From assembly GCA_977030845.1 (NCBI GenBank), contig OZ365110.1, positions 55,490,001-55,554,000 of the forward strand: a DNA stretch of 64,000 bases, given 5' to 3'. The notes beneath the pieces are model-generated. The model saw nothing but the letters and a program-made list of their open reading frames with translations, ran no database searches and had not been told where the DNA came from. The translations under genes and the position numbers were made by a program. Shown one piece after another: positions 1 to 14,165 of the stretch (positions are counted from its first letter, which is position 1; every line of letters starts with the position of its first letter). The DNA comes from Fimbriosthenelais zetlandica (Eukaryota).

Positions 1-2341
1 AGCCCCGCCAGGCCCTCCTCCAGTACATGGGCCTCTCTCTCCAGTACCTTCTACCTATATATAACCTACCATTCACCCTCCCAGCCACCACCACCCAGTG
101 GTATATATACGGAGCGGATCAAGCGCCTCCAGGACAAAGGCCGGCCTGGAGGAGCCACAAGGGGGAAGAGCAATAAGTTCCCGGGGCCGTGGAGGTCAGG
201 CCTCATCCCATCCTTTCCCCTCTCAGCTCTCCCTTCTCTGCCCCGGGGCCGCCCGTACGTCTCCTGCCGTATATGGGAGTACAGTGGGAGTGTCCCAGGG
301 GTTATGATGTAATTTGGAGCTCTCCCGTTCATTCATTCCTTCCCGGGTCTCGGGGCTTGCGACTCGAGGCCCCAAGGGCCGTGAGCAGGTGATTGGGTGC
401 GTGCTCCAGGGACAGACTAGGGCAGGCAGCGGTCAATGCATCCATCACCATTCAACCCCCTTACTGTCATAACGGTATTAACCTACCATCAGCTACGGTG
501 GCCCAGGTGTTCCATTGTGGCATCACCGCTTCACCCTCTGAGCGTTGATCACTCCAGGGTCAGGGCGCGTTTTTTTAAGAGCGCGCCATCTATACGGCCA
601 CGGCTGATCAGGCTACTCCCGGGGGAAGCACTGGAGGAGGGAGTGATGAAGGTAGTGCCCTACCCAGGTACAGATGCCAGGCCACCCCCATGACAATGTC
701 CCTCCAGGGGAATGACCTGGACCACAAAAGGTTTATATGTCAACCCTGAAAGCGCTGAAAGAATCTGATAATGTCCACGATTCGTCTTTATTCACCAAGA
801 TCATCCTGACAGATGATTCAAATTAGAAAGCTTATGAAATCCGACAGGTTCATTTCAGCAGAGACGATTTCATAAAAATTACCATGAGTTACCATCCTCT
901 AATGTACGCCTTTCCCATGATCTTGCGCAACTCTTGAGCAACTTTGAATACGCACATGATATATGCAAAACCCCTATACCTCTGCAATAATTCTGGCAAC
1001 ATTTTGTCAATATGGAATAATCTTTTGAGCCAGGTGACTGTTTCATCTATAGCAAATTACATTACCTTGATTCAAATAAATTCAGAGAGAATAATGTTTT
1101 AAAACAAGATGAAATGAACTCACTTATTGATGTAGAAGTCCCTTATATAGTCCGAGTCTCCGACTCTCAAAGCTCAAACTGTCTTCAAAAATCCATTTCT
1201 TCAAAAGACGCGTGGCAGAAATTCATCAATGAGACCATTTCCTCCATTTCTTGCATTACTTTCTTTGATTTAGAATACAATGAATAAAATGATTTCCGTT
1301 CAGTCCGGGGTGTCTTTGAAGTCTGGAGTGACAGAACATATTTATGCACCATCAACTGAACATGTTTTCCGATGAAAAGAGAGATTCTGAAGAAAAAATG
1401 AAGGAAAAGACAACCAAGATAGGTACAGACAAGATGAAAGAATATGAAATATATCGATGGCCAAGTTCAAAACGATCCCTCGGTCTTTTCACGCGCCGCG
1501 GAGACCTTTGATCGGTGCCTTTGTCCGCAGGTTCACAGACCTCAAACTGCCGAGGCTGCTCCATACACTATAGGTGTGCATTTTGACCTCAGCTTTCAGG
1601 CTTCTCTCTTAGACATTCATTTTATACATTGTAGTACAAGAAACATATTCTTGAAATTCATAAATGTTGACAAACCATGGCATTTTTATTGGGAATCTCC
1701 AAATTTCAATATCATATCTTTTGGTCAACACTACATACGAGAACCCAAACAATATAGACAAGCGCTCGTCTCTCCACACACTCCCCATGACGGTTCCTCA
1801 GTATATAGATGGGAAGGGACTCAAATTGCTTATATTATTTGCCCTAACAAATTAAAGAATCCAAGAACTGCGCAAGCCTAATCAAACTCTTTTACCTAAT
1901 AAGGAATGTTGGAAATGCAGATAAGTACAATATGTTCTTGAGGGAGTCAGGAAACCGTTAAAGGTTTCCACTTTTCTGACTTTCATAAAGCATTTACGCG
2001 GTTAAGGTTTAGAACCCGGGGCGTTGCCTTCATGGGTATAAAATCTTTCCCCCTTTTAAATTCCGCCGCAGATTGTGCTCGGGGCGTCTTGGTCACGCCG
2101 ACTTTTAAATAACGACCAGCACACGACCAGTCACAACATCCATGGGCCATGTACCAGTATGATTCCAATATGAGGGCAGTTCTCCAGGCTGGCGGGTGAA
2201 ATAAAAATCACATTATTGCCCTCGGGTTATGTTGATTGGAAGATGGATAGATCTCATGTTTTTCTCATCTCTCTATCAGTCATTTACCTACATGGACGAT
2301 TTGAAATATGGTCTCAAGACTTCAACTGCCACTTCAAACAT

Positions 2342-2408
2342 GGGACCTGTTTCATAAGAAAGATGGGACCTTTTTCATAAGAAAGATGGGACCTGTTTCA
2401 TAAGAAAG
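2342..2408. repeat. Tandem triplication (23 bp) of a MITE family A terminus
   Basis: gggacctgtttcataagaaagat at 2342, 2365 and 2388. Confidence 0.85.
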
Positions 2409-3591
2409 TCCACAAATAAATTTTTGAAAGTCGGAGCTCGGGCCCGCTTCAGTGCGATAATTCCCATATATACATTTAAGATTGCTAATTGTTAGGCCTA
2501 GTCAACTCCCTGGATTGACCATCGACAATAATATGACATTGAAATTTAGGGATCCAAATCCAAGGTTTTCAGCTACATACATGGACTTGATGCTATAGCT
2601 ACCAGATTATCCCATCCTAATCTGTCGCGAAAACACACTTAAGGCCTTTCTCTAGGCAGAAACTCTAGATTCAGTTCTGCACCATAATCGCTTGTTTTGA
2701 CGGAAAGTTAACTATAATTGACTTGGTAGAAGAGCTGGAAGTAGTGTGACAACATCTCTAGAGGGATTTCAGAGCAGGGATTTTCCAAAATAAGACATAT
2801 TGTGGTTCTTAAACCCATTTTAGAAAACATCCGTTAATTGACATAAGTAAAATGTCGAAGTTTTCAGAAGACATTGGGTAACACAGGCTTATTTTGTTTT
2901 TATCTTGTTACAAAACTATTCTTACTCGTTGCTTCTTCTGAAACGTACGTCTGTTCGTATATAACGTTCTGGGCTATACAAAGATATACTTCCTAAATGC
3001 TAATTTGCCCTTAAACATCATTAATATGAAAATAGATATGTCCATGGGTAACGTACTTATATGAAGAGGGGGTAACATGTTTCATTTGATAAAATTAGGA
3101 TACAGGATTTTCTTTTTGATAATTACTGTATATTTACATATATACACATTTATTATCAACTACGGTATTAAGTACGTGTCAAATTAATGTATATTACCAG
3201 CATTAAATCCTCCCAAAAACTTGACAGAATGTTGCTGGTACAATGTATATAATATTATGAAAAGATCACCAACCACCATGACAAAGACGCTGGAGGTAAA
3301 ATACACAAGACACATGACATTGGATCTTTTTGTTTGTCTTGCTTTCTTCCTCCTGATTAGATGTATAGCACATGTAAGTTGAAACATTATTCTATCATAT
3401 ATAGTGCCACTTATCAATTTCCTTCGGGCCCTTTCTCCCATTTCTGAAGCAAATATATGGCCCATGGTCTTGTGTCATTGTGCAGTATAAATATTGTGCC
3501 GATTTGGAGACAGTCTTGTAAGAAAATAAAATGATTGTGGATCTTTGAGATCTGCGATTCAGAATATCAGTCATATGATTCAGAATATTAA

Positions 3592-3664
3592 GGGACCTGT
3601 TTCAGAACAACCATTTAATAGCAATGCTAAGTCTATGGGAAATTTGTACACTGAAACAGGCCCC
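3592..3664. mobile_element. Short hairpin MITE (family A; TIR GGGGCCTGTTTCA)
   Basis: gggacctgtttcag...aagtctatggga...ctgaaacaggcccc. Near-identical reverse-orientation copy at 5164-5232. Confidence 0.75.
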
Positions 3665-5163
3665 AGATACTGCTGCTACGGATTTTACGTAATTAATGTG
3701 AGGTTTGGACATCTATTAGACTATCAGAAAACAATTCAAATTCATCAGAAATTTCACGTCCACTGGTCAGGGGAGAATCCGAGATTTTGGGGAGTGTGGA
3801 TGTGGGGTAGGGGCGGGGGTGTTGAGGGGGGGGGGGGCTTCAAAGAGGAAGGGTGTGCGGGAGAGAGATCATGAAGACCTATGAAAAGGAATTGGTGGAG
3901 TCTCAGAGTTTGGTGGACAAGAAAGGTATAGGAGGCGGTGGGGTGGGGAGGGGTTGAGGGGTGTCAAACCACCTGATCATCTCTCATGGATCGTCCCCAT
4001 ACAGGAGAATAGACCGGCAAACCTCGGTTATGTAACAGGCCCTAAACATTCCACCTGATCATTCTATGTAAACTCTTTGTACTTGTTCTCAGGAAAATCA
4101 CATTTTCACTCCTTGCCTCCAGCATTGTCACGCTGTTTTAACTTTAGCAATTAACTTCTTCCCTATCTCTAACAGAGAAGCTATTGTTTAGGAGGAAAAT
4201 CCTTCTAATTGTTGGTCATAAGTTAGGAAGAACTTGTAGGCGTTAGTTGAAAGTGTGATAAATCTTAACGAGAGAGAAATTAAGATATGGGAACAACTTA
4301 AGACGTGGTCGGGAGGGGAGCTGTACACAGGTATGTTTCAAAAGAAAGCTACGATTGATTAGTCCATAGACCCATAACATTGAATAATAAAGTGCAATTT
4401 AAAAAAATAAAACGGACCCCTGTTTGGAAACAGGCCCCTGGAGCCTGTCTTAAAACAATGTTACGTGTATTGGAAAAGGTTGCACTGAAACAGTGGTAAA
4501 CAGTGGTAAAAATAGGTTCATTGGGTTGGATAAAATTTGGTTTCATTTCAAAATTGTAGCAGTATGTGTAATTAATGCATCAGGGTGGAGGACCTAATTC
4601 TTGTACGCCTCCCTATAACATGTCCTTTGAGATGGTCATCTATTGTAAGGATAGGGAGGGGGGATCGAGAGGTGGGGGGGGGGGGGGTCGAGAGGTGGGG
4701 GGGGGGGGGGGTAGGTGGGGGGTCAGTTTTGACCCTGACTGACACCAAATGGTACGGTCAGTCAGCCAACTTCCTACACATGGCTAGCATTCCATTCTCC
4801 ATGCGGGAGGAACCTATGATAGCCTCCAGGTAGGCAGTAGGTTTAACTCGCCTTTGTCGGGTCGGTATTCATCAGTGAATCTATGTCGGACTCGGTCTTT
4901 GATGGCGCTCTTTTCTGGCCTCTAGCTACTTTCCTTGCCGGGCTTGGTGGGTCAGTATGAGGGGATCATGCTTACAGCAGCCTCCAGCACCTCCAGTCTA
5001 ACCCGGGATAGTGACCAAGGTTTTACTCGCCACAGGCCTGCCCCCTAGCGTGGCTGGCGGAAGTCACCAGCTACCGTGAAAACGGAGAAAAATCAGACCA
5101 TTCAGCAGGTCCTTATAAATGTCGTATAGCCTAATGTATCAGGGACGTAGCTTGAAATTCTCA

Positions 5164-5232
5164 GGGGCTCGTTTCAGCGCAAAGATTTCCCATAGACTTA
5201 GCATTGCTAATGGTTGTTCTGAAACAGGCCCC
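5164..5232. mobile_element. MITE family A copy
   Basis: ggggctcgtttcag...tcccatagactt...ctgaaacaggcccc, the reverse complement of the 3592-3664 copy. Confidence 0.75.
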
Positions 5233-6893
5233 TGGACCTCCGAATACACGGAACACTATACTAGAACACTCTCTTGTAGATTTGTTTGCTTCGATTGGGA
5301 AGAAAGTTGTCGAATTTACTGGGCCTTTTTATAATTTTGATACCAAAAGGTTCGGTCAGAACCAGCCATTATCATATGCCTCCCCCTACATACATGTACT
5401 TCACAACTTGTTCAACCCCAAGTCCTTATTTTCTTTTTTGATAAACAAATAGCGATAAGCAAACTTCAGAAAGTCTTAAATGAGACCCCTGAATGGAGCT
5501 GGTGCCTCCTATCAGTAGCCAAGCATTTAGGCCCAATAATGCGGTATTAATACCAGAAATGTACAAAAGGGAAAAAATCACCAGAGAGCCAAAAGGGATT
5601 GTTTATTAACAGATCGTGGCCTAGATGGTGATAGAGAGGCACTTGTTGGCATCGAGTAGATCTATACATGCCTCCATATCCAAATCACAGCCGATAGCCA
5701 CTGGCTGCTTTGTTCCTTATGATAATGTGTGTTTATTTATGATAATGTCGGTTTATTCTTGGTTCCAGGCATTCCAACCACATTATGTGTACACTATAGG
5801 GTCCGCCTCCTGATAAAAATACCTTTCTCGTGATCGGATCACGACTGAAGTTTCATAAATTAATATTATTATTCTACTGTATTCTATAAGTATTCTACTT
5901 TGTTTTTAATAAATATAATGATTGTGACGAATTAAAATATAATTCCTCACAAATTCTACGCAATGTAGATTATTACCAGATTCTATAATAAATTTTCGTA
6001 ATATATTTGATAATAATTTTATTGATTCCACTGACGTACATATTTATATAATTCTAACAAGGGAATCTTAATGGAGTAGATGGTAAAATATTCAAACGCA
6101 ATATCCTAAATGCCATCTAAAGCCTGAAATCACATCAATCTGATTAATTATATATCATTAAGTTTACTGCGACCATCTTAGGCTGAATAAATCATTGCTA
6201 ACTAGTATATCTATCATCACTTGTCAATGTTAACATATAGGAATTCCTATTGGAATCTAGTGATTCGGGAACGACTTCCTGAGGGAGGCCTTTATAAGGT
6301 TACCACTCCAGGCATGGCACACAGAACAGGTTCTTGCTCCCAGGATGCTTCTGAGAAAGGAATTTACATATCAATATGCATAAGAGATGATATGGTATAG
6401 GCCTATACATGTATAGGCCACTCTTGAGAAAGTTCAAGAGATCATAGCCAGTTCAGGTGATATCCTGGTTGATGTATCAACCATGGAATGAGGTACCATT
6501 GATTTGGATTTCGCCCTCTGACATAAGCTTATAAAAGGGGCTTATGACCATTACATTCGGTAGAACCACAGGGAGTATGTTTAAAAATGAAAATGAAAGA
6601 GTGGGAGTGAGAGGGAGACGAGGAAGGGGAGAGAGAGGGACGAGGAGAGAGAGAGGGAGAGAGAGAGAAAGAAAGAGATGCAAAACAAAATACTACATTT
6701 GTATTTCTTAAAATGTAGGGTCCCTAATACCTCCCGAGTACCAGTACCTTTCCATGGATCCATCCCTAAATCACATATCCCAATTTCTAGGTAGGACTGG
6801 GAGGAAGTACCTACCACAAATAATCATCATTATAGACTCACTATAGCATCCTTCCTTAAATCCTAAAGCCTTCATCCTGCCTTTCACACCTAA

Positions 6894-7123
6894 AGCCCGA
6901 CATCCACTGTACGATCTTTGAGGGCATCGATTTTTGTGATCGGCAAAGATCAAAATAAAGTCGTTACGGATTATTTCTCTATTGATTTGCTATTGACAAA
7001 TCGGCTACCGATCCCAAGATGTTGGCATCCACCAGCCCGATCATCGGAACGGATCTTTTTTGATGGTCCGATCGCCTGTGATCGCAAAATCGGGATGAAA
7101 ATCGGGCTGGTGGATGTCGGGCA
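6894..7123. mobile_element. Harbinger-type MITE (family B-related)
   Basis: taa|agcccgacatccac ... gtggatgtcgggca|ttaa. The TIR resembles that of 25566-25776, and the interior is rich in gatc/cgat inverted motifs. Confidence 0.7.
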
Positions 7124-10001
7124 TTAAAGCTGCCATCCTATCCCCTTGACCTGTAAGTGTACTTTACCCGTTCTTACCTTTCATGGCTCTCACCTTCTGC
7201 CTCCACAAAGCGCTACTTGACCATGACAGGTGACACCCTAGCCGGTCAATGGTGAAGGTAAGGCCCGGTAATTAGAGTGACCCTCACTGGAGGATTGCCC
7301 TGATCAGCTACATCAGCCCTGGAGTGGTGGGTCACTCACCTTATAACCCCTCCAGGTACATTAACTCTATCTGCCAACTTCCTATCTCATAACTCACATC
7401 TTCTTTAATTACCTTTGTACTGGTTTTTTCCCATGAAGCCCATATGTCACCAGGAAATATTTTTCTATCGAAAAATTACACGATCGAGGCTTTGGATAGT
7501 TAATTTCACTTAAAAACATTAGTCTTCATAATTGGGGATGTTTTCACTATTGTATACTTGAATATATATCTAGATTTACAAAAAAAGAATAATTAAATAA
7601 GGGATTTAACATGATCGTAGATAGTTCATGGTTGAAGATATTACATTGTATATTTCAGTACAATGACATAACTGTAGGCCTATTGCACAAACAGCCGATA
7701 GGTCATATTCAGAAATTAATTGGCCCTGAAAAGGGGAGATCAAGGTTTTTCTTCACTGCTGATTACTTGGCATTAATTTTGTTGATATGAACGGGCAGGA
7801 TAACTTATAAGTTACATGTACTTGTGGTTGCATATAAAGCATTATCTATAGTTAGAAGAAATGATGGGGGATTCGTGGTATAGAACCTGCTTGAAGTCAT
7901 AAGGCTGGATCCAAACTTGATCGGACGTGAGACGTAGGCCCAAATTAAGGCAGGTCTACGCTCACTTACCAAAAGTTTTGACCGTTTTCCATGCAGACTT
8001 ATGTATGAAAAACGGTCTAAACATTAGGTATTATAAGTATGTCTTTATGGCCTCAATATCTTTTGATCGATGGCCGAATCGATATTTTTTTAAATTTGAA
8101 TTAGGCTGAATGTCTCTACAATTGACAGTAGGTTTTCAGTTTAGTATAAAACCAATAAATTAGTAACCTATATGGCTGTATGGCTATATGGATGTATCCG
8201 ATATTAAACTGTCGATATCTCATAGCATGAAGAAAAAATTCAAAGCCAAGTAGTTTTTTTCAATTATGAATCGTTCCCTTACGTTTATTGTCATGAATAT
8301 TTCTACTATACATCGGCTATTTCCACTACAAATATAAATATAGTTCAACATCAACGATTTCATCGTTCGCCAATCAGGCCAGTTTTGTTTTCTATGATTA
8401 TCATCTTTATCATTGATCATTAATAATATAGCATTTAATACGGCCCAGCGATGACTTTTTTTTAAGAACGTGACCTGGCAATTGAAAATGGTTGCCAGGG
8501 TAACCATCTAAATATCACCACACGGCAAACACCCAATCTCCATGGCAACACTGGCGGGCACCTGAGTTTGTCAACATACACTCACAAAGAGAAATTATTA
8601 TCATCTAGAGCAGGCAACATTCATTACGTTAAAAGATTAGAAATTTACATTTTTCTTAACCATTGATCATAGATTGATAGAGGGAGATGCATAATATGTA
8701 TGACCACCAATCGTCAGTAACTAGAACCTGTCGTTGTGTCTCAAGAGAAAACAATTGTGCTGAAGTACATTGGGTTTACACTTTTATTCACACTTTGTAA
8801 CAAATTAACATATTTGAATGAATCCAAGGCAATTGCCATTGTCTTTATATCTTTCGAATTTGGAAAAGACTATATAATATAAAGAAGCATCCATGTTTCG
8901 CATCTAGAGGATATAAAATGCTCACAGTCTATATAACTCTCATATCTCACACGTTACAGAACACTTCAATCTTTGGTCATTGAGGTATTTCGGATATGGT
9001 CGCACCGTGAGAGAGAAAAATGTGAAAAAAGGCTAATAATAAAAAATCTTCGTTTTTCTTATACATATCAACCTCTCGGGGTTTCTGCACAGACACAATT
9101 TAAGGAACGCACACACATCCAATGGAACAAAGTGGAATCATTTTGGCAAGGGCTTAACAAGATACACCTAGTTATGAAAGAATCAGTGGCCCACTGAAAG
9201 TGATTGCTTCAGCACTAAAATTGTTCCTATCTTTTTCACTTTAGTTGGCTTTCTTCACTTCCCAGTCCTAGATTCTAGACAGGGAAATAAGCCACCTAAC
9301 AGCAACAGAGTTTAGACGAAGTACTATACATAATTATGTTCATTTTAAATAAGTAGAAAAAGAAAGATGGGGTCATACACTGTACAATCTATGGATTCTA
9401 TTTAAATGCAGACTTTTACTGATGCCGTTCATAAATAACTTAAAGGCACACTTTATACAATAACATGACTGAAAATAATAATAATAATAATAATTAGAAC
9501 CTTTTCTATTATGAAATATAGCAGATGAAGCATCAATTACTGTCGGCATGGTCACTAGGTTGAATCATGATATATTATATTATTATGTCCCTTGTGTTTG
9601 TTTCCTCACGATGTAGGAAAGCTTGGGATAAAGTGATAACTGCATGGTTGGGACTCGGTGTTTGCTTCACAGAGATTTGTAGTTAATATCATAATCATAT
9701 TGAATGCCCATGTAATGTGTATGTATATGTATACAGTGGGTTTAAGCATCTATCTCTGGGATTTCTCAATAGAGTATGATGTCAATGCTGTATGGAACAG
9801 TCCATTTTCCTAAAGCACAATGCACTATTGATATTGTCGGTTAGAATCACTGGGGTTTTCATGGGAAGATTCAACTTTTAATTCAAGTTGACAAAACGCT
9901 CAAACGTTGATCGTTTTTCCCCATGCACCTATAGCCCTCAACTTCCTTGTTTAAGTTAATTTAGCGCTGCCTCGGTATCAAAATGATCAGGCCAACAACC
10001 T

Positions 10002-10093
10002 GGGGCATGTTTCAAAAGACAAAAATTAGTTACGATAGACAATGGTAAGTCTATGACCTAATGTAGCTATTCTTGTATAATGAAACAGATCCC
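10002..10093. mobile_element. MITE family A copy
   Basis: ggggcatgtttca...aagtctatg...tgaaacagatccc. Confidence 0.6.
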
Positions 10094-11221
10094 AGATTAT
10101 TGGTGAGGGAATGTGAATATTCACTGAATCTCAGGAACATTATATTCTACGTCAATTAAGTTTTAAGCACTTTTCTATCACTATTATGGATCTCTGAAGA
10201 TGTAATCTTCAACAGAGGGATATTCTTATTATATATTTTGCATACAAAATGATATTGGCCTTAATAATAGCACACTATTTGGTTATTACTTAGTCAGAGA
10301 TTATTTCCCCTAACCGAGCCCTATCGCACAGATTCCTTAGCACTCGTGAAGTCACAAAGACACAGACGCCAATATCGCACAGTTAATTTTCTACATACAC
10401 TCGCCGGCAGAATTATTTAGAAAAACAGAAACAAATGTGGTGATACTGAAACCATGTGGTTAAACATCCAGCTAACGGATGCAGTGCGATGAAACGACTA
10501 GACGTGAATCGTTATTTTACATATTTTCTTTAGTTCTCATTCTTAATTTACGAACCAGAGAATTCTCTGACTGCCTGCGACAGAGGCATTATAACTCCAG
10601 CTCCATGCAGTATAGTTTGAGATACACTAAGCAGATTGGCTGACAATCGGTTAACTTAATATTTTTTTAATTTCATATTTCACAAGTATTTCCAAAGTAT
10701 TTCATATTTCCAAATGTTGTATGAATCTGGGTATTTTTAATGCAGTAGGTTGTAGTTTAAGGTTAACCGATAGCTCACAATCTGTGTAGTGTATCCGGGC
10801 CCTATAAAACCTACAGTCAGAGGTATAGAGTTGTGGTCAATTGGTCAGAATTTGCTGCATATATAAATAACCTTTATTTCCTCACATGATCATAATAAGA
10901 AATCGCATGAAATATACATGTACAAGAATCTATATAGCACGACAAAGACAAAGAAATGAAGAGATGACGCTTGTTGCACGAAGATGCAATGTGATTTCCA
11001 AACATTATTATAGATGCGAATAGATAATGTCTTTGTCGACACAGAACTGCCCAAGGTTGCAGTTTAGTACCACCAAAGGCACTTCAGATGGTTTTTTTTA
11101 AGTATGTCGGAATCACAACTTGCCTCTGAACTCAGACACAAACAGGAGTGCATGGAGGAAGAGAAAGAAATTCTCACGAGCAGCGAACTCTCGCGCTACT
11201 TCTCGTTACAGATCACGTGAT

Positions 11222-11280
11222 ACGCGAGATTTGAGGCTCACGCGAGATTTGAGGCTCACGCGAGATTTGAGGCTCACGCG
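11222..11280. repeat. 18-bp tandem repeat x3.3
   Basis: acgcgagatttgaggctc repeated perfectly. Confidence 0.9.
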
Positions 11281-12541
11281 GGACCCGCCCCCCAATTACG
11301 ATTAAAATCGCCTCAATCCAGACCGGGGAACCGTATATCTACAGCGATTTAATATTCCTATATGTGCCAATCGATAATCTGCTCTTAATTTCCTTATGAA
11401 ATGACAATTAATTAATCCTACATTGCAAGGACTTGGCAGCAGACAGACAATGTATACGCGACCAATGTACAATTATTATGGCATTTCAATGAGTATGTAC
11501 AACTATTACTGGGGAAAATGCATTGTATGATTCAGCTGTTTTACATCTAGATTTGATATTTATGATTACACCAATCCTGCTGGGGCCCTGTATTAATATT
11601 TGTCCTGCCAGATGATTTTCATTCATCATTTGCAAGTCAGAGTCTCCGCATAGAAATACTGTTAAACATGCTTGAGTATTTAAAACCACCTAAAATCATC
11701 CAAAACGGTAGCAAAATCATGTCGGCCAATCTCAATGGGTAATTAGGTGACTGAAAGTTATAATTATTATAGTTCAAGAAAGGACTTATCAACAAACATG
11801 GAGACTTTTTTCTGAAGTAGAACAAAAACAAAACAAAAAAATAAGAGAGTAGGATTGATATCACATGAACTCCATATTATTTTCAATAATATAATTATAC
11901 AATAAATTCTCTATAATGATAGGTGACATTTTAACTCTACAAGGGGATGTTTCTGTGCCAATATCCGAAATCCAAATATCTTTCAAGATAAATAACATAT
12001 TTCACCGTAACAGCAAAAAAATACTTAAACATTTTCAAAAACCACTATCTCATGTGGAAATTCAATTTGTTTATTATAGAATTATGAGGTTTTCCCGTAC
12101 GTATTGGGAGCTTTGATATACTGAACCTCAATGTCAACACATCAGAAATATCTTTATGGTAAGTGGAACCGAGATTGATTAGTTCCCAAAAGACCCACTA
12201 GAGGGCCTCTATGGAACATGGCGACTGTAGTAATTCCGGACAAGGGAGTTCAGGTTAACGGGACTCTCATACCAAACAATCTAAAATAATTACTTGTACA
12301 GAACTGAGAACTATATTTGATGAACGCCTCGATAAACAAGATTTTGTTTACTTTCCGATTGTTTTTTGTCAGGTGGCAAGAATCAAGGTCAAGTCATTTC
12401 GAATCAGTAAATAAAACGTGTCTTAGATCCCATGGTTACAACCAAGGGCTAACATACTAGAGTCCATGCCGTATAAACCTGGTTCATTCCTCCTCGTAAT
12501 GCACCATTCAATTTCACATTGTGCTAAACCGTTGGCACCTG

Positions 12542-12547
12542 TTTATT
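12542..12547 (-). other. Candidate polyadenylation signal (AATAAA) for AP-2
   Basis: An AATAAA on the minus strand about 620 nt after the stop codon. Other AATAAA hexamers occur further downstream, so the assignment is weak. Confidence 0.2.
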
Positions 12548-13164
12548 TTACTCAAGACTTCCACTCTTTCCAACAATGAAGAAAAAACTGAAGGTTTCTT
12601 TTTTGGCCTTTCGTGTTTTTAAATTGTTGCTCGGGACATGCAAGCGTCAGATGAACGTTCCTTCATCGTAATGTTACTTTTGTCATGTCTCTGAAGGCAG
12701 TCTTTTTGTCGGCCGATATATAACATCGGCACGATTGTCGGCCGATATATCAGCACGATTCGCTGCATGAGTTGAAGCTGAGTCACCTTGGCGCATGCCC
12801 AGTTAAGTACCTGGTCCACAGACAGGAAGTGACGTAAACACACACACATGTACACGTAGAACATGACTCTTATCTGAAGTTGTAACTTTGTGGCTCCTGG
12901 AAACAGAAGTCTGCTGATTATAAGCAATCTGGCACCATGAACAATCCTCCACGTCATCGTGTCCTTCTTCTTACATTTGGTAAACACTTTCTCTTGGAAG
13001 AAATCTGCATTTATGCGGTAGTCCTATATAATAGTAGATCTTCTCATCTCCAGAAGATGAACCCGACGACATTTTGTTACCCTGGTTACGGGCAGCCAAC
13101 TAGCCAATCAGCTCCCAGGGATCCATTTAAACTACAGTTCTAAATGACGTCACCAGAATGAGCC

Positions 13165-13447
13165 TCATTTCCGGTCGTCTTTGTCAACTTTGACCTTGCC
13201 GTCAAGGCTGGTCTGGGACCCCTGTGTTCCTGGATAGTTTTTCTCCACAAATTTGAGCATTTCAGTGAGATAGTTCTGTACGGCGGTGATGGCGGCCACC
13301 AGGGCGGGGCTGCCGAACCCGTGTGTTATTAGGGAGAAATGCGTCAAATGTCTCTGAATGTTGGGCTCCAGAATAATCTGCGGCCTTGTGTTTCCTAGGG
13401 GGGAGCGATCTTGGTTCAACAAGTCCACCAGCTCCTTCATTACTTGC
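13165..13447 (-). CDS. TFAP2: AP-2 terminal coding exon (C-terminal helix of the helix-span-helix dimerisation domain)
   Basis: (K)[71 protein letters not shown]...DKDDRK*. Acceptor ttttctcttttcag|G, TGA at 13165-13167. Confidence 0.97.
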
Positions 13448-13886
13448 CTGAAAAGAGAAAAAAACAATCTATAAGTATCAACATTAAAAACAACAAGGCT
13501 GATGATGTGGCCCATCAAACACTTCCAGAATAACTTTATAGTCTTATGAATATATAGTTTAATGGAGGAGATGAATTATTTACTAATGAGCAAAATCATG
13601 TTGATAGGAGATTTTAACCTAGATGAACATAGTAGGCCTAAACGTAAGGACTTAGGTTTTTTCTCTCGAAATATATTACCTGAATTAGATGTTGGTCTGG
13701 GGCTCACTTTAGGTGAAAAAACGTGCTTGGGAGTTAGAAGAGGGGATTTGGTTTGAAAGAGAAAAATTATGACCTTGTTGGGATTCGAACCCATGTTCTT
13801 GTACTACTCTAAATGGCACCTTACAATATACAAGTAATTAAGGGAGTTAGAATAAATAAGCAGTTGGAAAAAAAGCGAAAACGCGG

Positions 13887-13968
13887 AACATGGCAGGAAT
13901 CGAAGCTAGTTTGACATGCCCCTCGTATTGAGAGTTCATCTCTTTAACCATTCGGCCACTGACTGCTT
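13887..13968 (-). pseudogene. Degenerate tRNA-like sequence or SINE head
   Basis: Minus strand: A box TGGCCGAATGG (13948-13958), B-box-like GCTTCGATTCC (13896-13906), then a T run (about 13868-13874) that could act as a Pol III terminator. The T-stem and acceptor stem do not pair properly. Confidence 0.45.
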
Positions 13969-14165
13969 GGATCTGTTGGTGTTCAACAAATTGTGGTACA
14001 TGAGAAGCGACGGTGAAAAGGAAAATATATTTAATATCAATTCATAATTTAAAACTTTTAAAAACTACCGAATGTATCAGCTGAATGTGTCTGGTCAGTA
14101 GAATAATCAACCTCCGTGGTTGGGGAGGTTCTGGAAATATTACCATTTGGTTTACTACCTCTAAC

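Noticed and set aside
1-720. Cluster of AP-2 sites (GCCCCGGGGC at 240-249, GCCCAAGGGC at 369-378)
   Set aside because: About one such match is expected by chance in 720 bp at this GC content, so two is not convincing. The short ORFs here have no recognisable domain.
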